12,938 bases of DNA from contig CAMPTO020000006.1 of NCBI GenBank assembly GCA_946965045.2, forward strand, positions 1 to 12,938. The letters are read 5' to 3'. Shown one piece after another: positions 1-5,568 of the stretch. Source of the DNA: Epithemia pelagica. Taxonomy: Eukaryota > Protista > Bacillariophyta. The notes under the pieces were generated by a model. It did not search any database, was not told where the DNA came from, and saw only the letters and a list, made by a program, of their open reading frames with translations. The position numbers and the translations under genes were made by a program. Every line of letters starts with the position of its first letter. Positions within the stretch are counted from its first letter, which is position 1.

Positions 1-50
1 GAAGCAAAAAAACCCACACAACAACAGCAGAAGTTTAGAACCACATTCAG

Positions 51-87
51 ACCCTGACCCAACTCCAACAAGGGGCCCCTGTCTTGT
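51..87 (+). promoter_or_regulatory. 37-nt upstream element (Pol III-class), copy 1, upstream of U6
   Basis: ACCCTGACCCAACTCCAACAAGGGGCCCCTGTCTTGT; 32/37 identical to copies 3 and 4; ends 24-25 nt before U6. Confidence 0.8.
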
Positions 88-111
88 CAACCACCTTGTG
101 CATATATACTG

Positions 112-215
112 GACCCCAGAAATGGGACATCCGTTAAAATTGGATCGATACAGAGAAGATTAGCATGGTCCCTGCGCAAGGATGACACGCATTAATCGAG
201 AAAGTATCAACTTTT
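112..215 (+). ncRNA. U6: U6 snRNA
   Basis: ACAGAGA box 150-156, AGC triad 162-164, ISL GGTCCCTGCGCAAGGATGAC, T9 at 212-220; the 3' CGAGAAAGTAT pairs 10/11 with the U2 5' end; 5' end +/-1. Confidence 0.98.
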
Positions 216-387
216 TTTTTGTCCCCCGGATCACACGTATTTTTTACACTGGTGTCTTCTTCATGCTTCCCAGACCAACACATATGTGCAGACATACCCA
301 TCACCCACAGGTGGCAAGTGGCAGGCTGCAGTAACCCATTGAAATATTGGTTTCAAAAAACGACCATATGCTTTATGCTACTGGCAT

Positions 388-397
388 GCTTCCCTGA
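388..397 (+). promoter_or_regulatory. -48 snRNA-type upstream element of SL RNA copy 1
   Basis: GCTTCCCTGA, 47-48 nt upstream of the SL 5' end; same motif and spacing as U2/U3/U4/U5. Confidence 0.75.
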
Positions 398-434
398 GCA
401 TATACATGTCGAAAGCTGTGTAGAGAAAAAGAGC

Positions 435-546
435 AACCAACGATTTCTAAAGCTACAGTTTCTGTACTTCATTGGTATGGAAGCATGAAGATTACTCTTC
501 TCACACAACTTTGTCAAAACATGGCCGGTTTCGAAAGAGACTGGCC
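435..546 (+). ncRNA. Spliced-leader (SL) RNA, copy 1 (exon 435-474, donor GTATGG at 475)
   Basis: AACCAACGATTTCTAAAGCTACAGTTTCTGTACTTCATTG|GTATG carries the kinetoplastid/diplonemid CAGTTTCTGTACT..ATTG|GTATG core; GAAGA/TCTTC hairpin, Sm-like AACTTTG, GAAA-tetraloop 3' hairpin, T6 at 547-552. Confidence 0.95.
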
Positions 547-639
547 TTTTTTACGTTAGCATGATTGTCTTTGTGTGTCTTTGTGCAAAGCAAAAAAAAA
601 ACACACACAAGAAGTGAGGATCTTCAAAACCACGTTTTT

Positions 640-676
640 GACCTGACCCACCTCCAACTAGACAACCCTGTCTTGT
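640..676 (+). promoter_or_regulatory. 37-nt upstream element, copy 2, upstream of 7SL
   Basis: 34/37 identical to copies 3 and 4; ends 25-26 nt before the SRP RNA. Confidence 0.8.
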
Positions 677-701
677 ATTCCGACAATATGGTATCTATTG
701 A

Positions 702-1013
702 GCCGGGATGTGTTGGCTGCATCCTGAAACCCCTAGCTTCTGGGGGGGCAAGCTTCTCCAGAACTGGGCACTCTTTGAGGTGGACCAAAGGCACCTTCAA
801 CTTCTGTGTTGATGTGTTGTCCGTGTTAGTCTACTGTCCTGTTTGCGGCCTTGGTGTAAACCAGGGCAACAATCAGAGTGAAATGGGGTGAACCGGGCCA
901 GGCTGGTCTCACAGAGCAGCTCATAACTCCTGCAGTGGACAGTTCAAGGATCGCAGCACAGAGCAGAGTGAGGGTGTTTCCAACTCAATGGCTTGAACTG
1001 GAGAAGCGTTTCT
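702..1013 (+). ncRNA. SRP (7SL) RNA
   Basis: Alu-like 5' GCCGGG; helix 6 GCCTTGGT-GTAA-ACCAGGGC (848-867); helix 8 with CAGG (899-902) and AGCAG (915-919); GCTTCTCCAG/CTGGAGAAGC long-range helix; T6 at 1013-1018. Confidence 0.92.
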
Positions 1014-1176
1014 TTTTTACATTTTTCCATGTGAACATTGTTTCCACATCACCATACACATGTGTTGTTGATACACCCCACCACGTTGCCCAGACCATTC
1101 CTACCCACATTATTCACCACAAGTGGCATGTTTACCAGCACATGTTGGTGCTTAGAGCAATGTTAAGAAAAAGGGC

Positions 1177-1289
1177 AACCAACGATTTCTAAAGCTACAG
1201 TTTCTGTACTTCATTGGTATGGAAGCATGAAGATTATATTCTTCTCACACAACTTTGTCAAACATGGCCAGCCTCGAAAGAGACTGGCC
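1177..1289 (+). ncRNA. Spliced-leader (SL) RNA, copy 2 (exon 1177-1216)
   Basis: Exon identical to copy 1; intron part differs in the stem-II loop and stem III; T6 at 1290-1295; -48 motif is degenerate (GTTTACCAGC, 1130-1139). Confidence 0.93.
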
Positions 1290-1361
1290 TTTTTTACGTC
1301 ACCATGAGAAAAAAACATTCACACATATGATGCATGTACAAAGTGCACAGGTGTGTGTGTC

Positions 1362-1398
1362 ACCCTGACCCACCTCCAACAAGACAACCCTGTCTTGT
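1362..1398 (+). promoter_or_regulatory. 37-nt upstream element, copy 3
   Basis: ACCCTGACCCACCTCCAACAAGACAACCCTGTCTTGT; identical to copy 4. Confidence 0.8.
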
Positions 1399-1421
1399 TT
1401 TCCCATACTCTCCCTATGTTT

Positions 1422-1742
1422 GGGTGCTAAGTTAGTGTGCTACTTCGAAACCAAACAACTCGTTCAGCAACAGCTAAAACTTGAAAAGACCTTTCTTATC
1501 AGAAAATTCTTTACAATTTTTATGATGTGTCCTGCTGTGGCCTGATATGGCCCAAGGCGGAACCACTTTCATATGATGTAAATCCCGTACGTTCGTACAG
1601 AATATTACCCATGATGATTATTCTTACATTAGCGTGTAACACTAATTCTGACTGCGTTCTATTTCACACTTCAAATATTAGAACTGGATGTGGGGCTGCC
1701 AGTTTACTGGTGGTCCCGATCCAGCACACAACGCAAGCACCC
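1422..1742 (+). ncRNA. Orphan ~320-nt structured Pol III-class RNA, vault RNA-like candidate
   Basis: Starts 24 nt after the 37-nt element; GGGTGCT (1422-1428) pairs with AGCACCC (1736-1742); second stem GTT(A)GTGTGCT/AGCACACAAC; TACTTCGA at 1441-1448; T6 at 1743-1748. An RNA is likely; its identity is tentative. Confidence 0.65.
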
Positions 1743-1814
1743 TTTTTTATATTACCCCACCCAGTACCCCCCCTGTGTCTGTGTTGTTGCCTAAAAAAGC
1801 ATCACCTTTTACAG

Positions 1815-1824
1815 GCTTCCTTGT
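1815..1824 (+). promoter_or_regulatory. -48 snRNA-type element of an orphan small RNA
   Basis: GCTTCCTTGT; +48 lands on A1863. Confidence 0.5.
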
Positions 1825-1862
1825 GGGGAGTGTTCGGTCAAGTGATAGTGATGAAGAAGGAC

Positions 1863-1927
1863 AGGGGCGAGTTTTCTCGTGAAATGCTTTGAAGCCTCTG
1901 ACATTGAGAGGCTCGCTCCGACCTCTG
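1863..1927 (+). ncRNA. Orphan ~65-nt snRNA-class RNA candidate
   Basis: -48 motif; GGGGCGAG (1864-1871)/CTCGCTCC (1912-1919) stem; AGCCTCT/AGAGGCT hairpin (1893-1913); GTTTTTAA 3' signal like that of U3. Confidence 0.5.
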
Positions 1928-1957
1928 TTTTTAATAACCCTTACCGGTAACCACTGT

Positions 1958-1990
1958 GTATGTATGGTATGTATGGTATGTATGATATGT
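1958..1990. repeat. GTATGTATG microsatellite (3 units plus a degenerate unit)
   Basis: Direct reading. Confidence 0.85.
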
Positions 1991-2025
1991 TGCCTTTGTG
2001 TGTTTGTTTTTGTTTTGTTAAAAAA

Positions 2026-2215
2026 GAGGGTATGCCACTCCTGGATGTTGTGCAGCTCCAGGGCAACATGTGTGAACGGACCAGGTTGCCCTGGCGACCC
2101 GTCACCCCAATGAGAAATTGCGTTAATATCATCAGTGCACAAGGCACTGTATCAGATATTAAGCTGATAAGAACAGATAATACACTTGATCTTAGCCAAA
2201 AGGCCGAGAAGGTAT
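2026..2215 (-). ncRNA. U2: U2 snRNA
   Basis: Reverse complement begins ATACCTTCTCGGCCTTTTGGCTAAGATCAAGTGTATTATCTGTTCTTATCAG; stems IIa/IIb, III and IV present; ~190 nt; T6 follows. Confidence 0.97.
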
Positions 2216-2253
2216 GACTTCTTTTTAGTCCATACCAAATTCGACACCCATGT

Positions 2254-2263
2254 ACAGGGAAGC
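2254..2263 (-). promoter_or_regulatory. -48 element of U2
   Basis: GCTTCCCTGT exactly 48 nt upstream of 2215; near-duplicate at 2311-2330. Confidence 0.8.
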
Positions 2264-2364
2264 ATGATGATGATCAATATTACTAGGAAACAACAAGGCA
2301 AACAGATTACACACCCATGTCACAGGGAAGTGAGCGAAGGTGATGATCAATCGTAGTAAAAACA

Positions 2365-2507
2365 AGGCCGCCGAAGCAGCTACACAAATTGCCAATGTGG
2401 CAACGCCGAAGCGGCCCATGGCGGGAATTGGGTAGTTTTCAACCAGCAATCTCTCCACAGCGTCCCTATTTGGTCATTGCTTATGGAATTATCCCGAGCG
2501 CAAGAAT
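2365..2507 (-). ncRNA. U4: U4 snRNA
   Basis: 5' ATTCTTGCGC pairs with U6 GCGCAAGGAT; TTGCTGGTTGAAAAC (stem I); CCCGCCATG; Sm AATTTGTG; 3' GCTGC-TTCG-GCGGC; T5 follows. Confidence 0.96.
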
Positions 2508-2545
2508 ACCTCCTTTTCTCCCAGTCGTGTCACAAAGCTATGTCA

Positions 2546-2555
2546 ACAGGGAAGC
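2546..2555 (-). promoter_or_regulatory. -48 element of U4
   Basis: GCTTCCCTGT exactly 48 nt upstream of 2507. Confidence 0.8.
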
Positions 2556-2620
2556 GTGTTGGGGTGGTAACATAAAGACACCACGTAAAGCTAACACACC
2601 AGAACTACCACCACCAATGT

Positions 2621-2630
2621 GCCTCCCTGT
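2621..2630 (+). promoter_or_regulatory. -48 element of U3
   Basis: GCCTCCCTGT exactly 48 nt upstream of 2669. Confidence 0.8.
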
Positions 2631-2668
2631 AGACATCTGTGCAGCCGATAGGTGGAACAAACAAGGGC

Positions 2669-2878
2669 AAGACTGTACTCTACACAGGATCTGTTTTTGA
2701 GTGCATTCGTGTTGAAGATTGTTTTCTTCGGCACAAGACCAAAGCTGGATGATGACATAGGTTGGGCATGTGCAGCATGAGCACTTGCGATGATTGTCAC
2801 ATACTTCTTGTATTGTTTTGTCTCTCCCCTGTATGGCGCAGGGAAGAGTACCAGGCACAGCCCTTCCACTTACAGCTT
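2669..2878 (+). ncRNA. U3: U3 snoRNA
   Basis: 5' AAGACTGTACTC..AGGATC (GAC/A'/A boxes); C' GATGATGA at 2748-2755; B/C CATGAG..GATGA at 2776-2793; terminal stem AAGCTG/CAGCTT; 210 nt; T5 follows. Confidence 0.9.
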
Positions 2879-2980
2879 GTTTTTAAGAAAAACCTCAAAA
2901 AAGGCTTCACATTACTTTTTTCACCTTCAAGGACATCTTGATCAATCAAGAAGTTACCACACTATCCTCGCTCTCAACAT

Positions 2981-2990
2981 GCTTCCATGT
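2981..2990 (+). promoter_or_regulatory. -48 element of U5
   Basis: GCTTCCATGT exactly 48 nt upstream of 3029. Confidence 0.75.
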
Positions 2991-3028
2991 GTAGCAAAGT
3001 GCATACAGCAATAGAACAAAACAGAGCC

Positions 3029-3138
3029 ATATCACGGTTCTTGCCCATATCGAACTCATCTTTCGCCTTTTACTAAAGATGACCGTGGGTAAGAGCCACT
3101 AAGTGAAAGCATAATTTTTGAAGGGGCCTTTGTGTCTC
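3029..3138 (+). ncRNA. U5: U5 snRNA
   Basis: Loop 1 GCCTTTTAC (3065-3073) in an ATCTTT/AAAGAT stem; Sm AATTTTTG at 3113-3120; short 3' hairpin. Confidence 0.96.
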
Positions 3139-3166
3139 ATCTGTTTTAAGTCTTGACAACCACTAC

Positions 3167-3176
3167 GCTTCCCTGA
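3167..3176 (+). promoter_or_regulatory. -48 element of U1
   Basis: GCTTCCCTGA; +48 predicts a start at 3215. Confidence 0.7.
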
Positions 3177-3214
3177 AGGTGTTGGAGTTTCGCATGTTGT
3201 TAAACTCAGCTAGA

Positions 3215-3375
3215 GGTTACATACCTTACTGGTGTCTGACCTGATCAACAAGGGCGTCGACACACCAGTGGCCCTTGCATTGCACTGCGCAGGGGATACT
3301 GGTGGCACTAGCTTCGGCTGGCTTGCACAGTGAAATTTTTGACAGCGGCGGTGCTGTGCTTTGCACAAACCCGCC
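3215..3375 (+). ncRNA. U1: U1 snRNA
   Basis: ACATACCT at 3219-3226; helix H ACTG/CAGT (3228-3231/3328-3331); 70K-like loop GATCAACAAG; U1A loop ATTGCACTGC; Sm AAATTTTTG at 3333-3341; GGCGG/CCGCC stem IV; 5' end 3214-3217. Confidence 0.93.
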
Positions 3376-3598
3376 TTTTTAAACAAACAAACCAAAACAA
3401 ACGTGATCACACAAACCATCATGTTACCCAGTAAACCCAGTAAACCCAGCACACTGGTCTAGAGGGATCGACCACTGAGTGGTGACCTGTGAGCACACAG
3501 GCACCTGCTCCGATGCAGTAGTGCAGCGCACTAAGTGCTGTGCTAAGGACTGGCCAAACTTGTTAAACCTGCTGACCCACAAACCGGTTTTCACAACC

Positions 3599-3643
3599 GA
3601 AGCAAAAACAAGCTCAGAAATAAAAAGCTCTTCAAAGGTTTTC
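3599..3643 (+). repeat. 45-nt block upstream of 5S copy 1
   Basis: Identical to 4354-4398; both end 17 nt before the 5S gene. Confidence 0.85.
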
Positions 3644-3660
3644 GAACCTGACTCAGTATT

Positions 3661-3780
3661 GGATTCGGCCATACTCTGGTGAATACACCTCATCCCGCCT
3701 GATTTGAGAAGTTAAGCACCAGCAGGCCTGGATAGTACTGGCGTGGGTGACCAGCTGGGAAGTCCGGGTGCTTGAATCCT
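3661..3780 (+). rRNA. 5S rRNA, copy 1
   Basis: GGATTCGGCCATAC...GAAGTTAAGC...TAGTACT...GGGAAGTCC...GAATCC; helix I GGATTC/GAATCC; T-run follows. Confidence 0.98.
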
Positions 3781-3824
3781 TTTTGCTTTTCTTCCGTGTT
3801 GGTGTGTGGTTTTAGGACATCCAG

Positions 3825-3861
3825 ACCCTGACCCACCTCCAACAAGACAACCCTGTCTTGT
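3825..3861 (+). promoter_or_regulatory. 37-nt upstream element, copy 4
   Basis: 37/37 identical to copy 3; no known RNA gene downstream. Confidence 0.8.
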
Positions 3862-3885
3862 ATCCCTGTGTTTGTTGCACTATCC

Positions 3886-4262
3886 AGAGAGCAGAAATGA
3901 GGGGAGACTACACCACCGACGGTGCTTCAGCCTACAGGAGCATGCTGGAATGTGAATGCTGCATGACAGCATTCACAATTTCACCTTTGGTGAGATGGAG
4001 ATGAGCGCAAAGGTGCAAAAATGCACAACAAAAACTGAGGAAGAGGCATCCATACTCCCCAGAAGGGACGTGCGCACCTGCAGCCAAAAATTCTCCTGTG
4101 CTTAATATCATGCGCGCTGGGGATGCCGAAATAGCTAAACTGTTGCAAGAAGTGGGACTAATTCCCAGGCAGTTGCCCTGTACAACATGCAAGTCCACAA
4201 TGCCAGAAACACTGTACTGGACACCAAGATACTCCAAGAAGATCGCAAACTGGCCTTATTTT
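3886..4262 (+). ncRNA. Orphan Pol III-class transcript candidate (~375 nt)
   Basis: Starts 25 nt after the element; first T4 at 4259-4262; 9-bp end-closing helix 3894-3902/4254-4262; perfect 11-bp hairpin 3951-3977. Alternatively a decayed transposase (see findings). Confidence 0.4.
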
Positions 4263-4353
4263 AGGTGAAATGACCTAATGCAGAGTGCAGCGGAACAGGG
4301 GAGACAAATAAAGTTTCCTGTACCATGCAACACCCAAGACCTTTTGCACAAGT

Positions 4354-4398
4354 GAAGCAAAAACAAGCTCAGAAATAAAAAGCTCTTCAAAGGTTTTC
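4354..4398 (+). repeat. 45-nt block upstream of 5S copy 2
   Basis: Identical to 3599-3643. Confidence 0.85.
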
Positions 4399-4415
4399 CA
4401 CCCAGACCCATTATT

Positions 4416-4535
4416 GGATTCGGCCATACTCTGGTGAATACACCTCATCCCGCCTGATTTGAGAAGTTAAGCACCAGCAGGCCTGGATAGTACTGGCGTG
4501 GGTGACCAGCTGGGAAGTCCGGGTGCTTGAATCCT
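4416..4535 (+). rRNA. 5S rRNA, copy 2
   Basis: Identical to copy 1; T6 follows. Confidence 0.98.
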
Positions 4536-4617
4536 TTTTTCCTTATTTGTGGTGTAACACACAGAAGTTGGTTGAAAAGTGAACTGATAGTATTCAGCGC
4601 AAAGCATGATTATTGAA

Positions 4618-4689
4618 GGGTATATAGCTCAGTGGTAGAGCATTCGGCTGCAGTCCGAACGGTCCCTGGTTCGAACCCGGGTGTGCCCT
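4618..4689 (+). tRNA. tRNA-Cys(GCA)
   Basis: Cloverleaf; TTCGG-CTGCAGT-CCGAA; U73. Confidence 0.97.
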
Positions 4690-4790
4690 CTCTTTTTGTT
4701 TCAAGACCAGATTTTCTCTTGAGTGTTACTTCTCCCTTTTTGGTTTTGAATTCCATCCCCACCTTGTAAAGATTCGTTTAAGAAATGTAA

Positions 4791-4863
4791 GGGGGTTTAG
4801 CTCAAATGGTAGAGCGCTCGCTCAGCATGCGAGAGGTAGAGGGATCGATACCCTCAATCTCCA
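4791..4863 (+). tRNA. tRNA-Ala(AGC), C33
   Basis: CTCGC-TCAGCAT-GCGAG; G3:U70. Confidence 0.96.
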
Positions 4864-4954
4864 AACATTTTTTGGCTTGGAAACACTGTTGTGATATTTC
4901 CAGATCTCGATTCTTTTTGGTACCAAAGAAAAAGAAGGAAGCGACAGAATTGTA

Positions 4955-5026
4955 TCTCCTATGGTGTAGTGGTTAGCACTCGAGACTCTGAATCTCGCGA
5001 CCGCGGTTCGAATCCGCGTAGGAGAA
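4955..5026 (+). tRNA. tRNA-Gln(CTG)
   Basis: CGAGA-CTCTGAA-TCTCG; acceptor TCTCCTA/TAGGAGA. Confidence 0.96.
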
Positions 5027-5119
5027 CTTTCCTTTTTCTCCATTTCGTCCCTTGTTATTCTCCTCTATGACTGGTTGAAACACATTCCCACTTCCATATT
5101 CTTGTTGGCTTTTATTGAA

Positions 5120-5201
5120 GGCGAGATGGCCGAGTGGTCTAAGGCGCCAGGTTAAGGCCCTGGTCCCTTCGGGGGCGTGGGTTCAAACCCCACTCTCGTC
5201 A
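5120..5201 (+). tRNA. tRNA-Leu(AAG)
   Basis: CCAGG-TTAAGGC-CCTGG; long variable arm. Confidence 0.97.
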
Positions 5202-5290
5202 CTTGTTATTCTTTTTCATTTTCATTTTCAATCTATCCCTTTTGTTTTGTTTTCAAGATTGTGCAAAACACAAAAAGCACACTTGTCAGG

Positions 5291-5363
5291 TCCTCCTTGG
5301 CGCAGTCGGTAGCGCGTCAGGCTGTTAACCTGCAGGTCGTTGGTTCGAACCCAACAGGAGGAG
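5291..5363 (+). tRNA. tRNA-Asn(GTT), copy 1
   Basis: TCAGG-CTGTTAA-CCTGC; identical to 10735-10807. Confidence 0.96.
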
Positions 5364-5422
5364 ACTTTTTTCCCTTCTCAAACCATTTTCTGTTCTTTGC
5401 AAAAGTCATAAAAAACTGGGAA

Positions 5423-5504
5423 GGCGAGATGGCCGAGCGGTCTAAGGCGCCAGGTTTAGGCCCTGGTCTCTTCGGAGGCGTGGGTTCAAACCCCACTCTC
5501 GTCA
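5423..5504 (+). tRNA. tRNA-Leu(TAG)
   Basis: CCAGG-TTTAGGC-CCTGG; long variable arm. Confidence 0.97.
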
Positions 5505-5568
5505 CGTTATTACCATTTTTCCGCAGAAAACCCACCTCTTGTGGAAAACAGTTCCGGTCATTATTGTA

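Noticed and set aside
103-108. TATA box for U6
   Set aside because: It lies only 4-9 nt upstream of the start and is absent from the other three genes of this promoter class.
1422-1742. Telomerase RNA or RNase P/MRP RNA
   Set aside because: There is no CCCUAA-type template; AAACCAAAC and GUAAAUCCCGUA would imply unusual repeats with no support here. AATTCTGAC resembles CR-V but is ~90 nt from the end, and GGGGCT is tied up in a local hairpin. No GAAAGUC CR-I is present.
1848-1901. Box C/D snoRNA (GTGATGA...CTGA)
   Set aside because: The C box lies upstream of the promoter-predicted start at 1863 and no convincing terminal stem joins the boxes. Not fully excluded.
3221-3231. U1 starting at ATACCTTAC and reading GUAAGG
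   Set aside because: That register would bury the recognition bases in helix H and break the -48 spacing; the ACATACCT register fits both.
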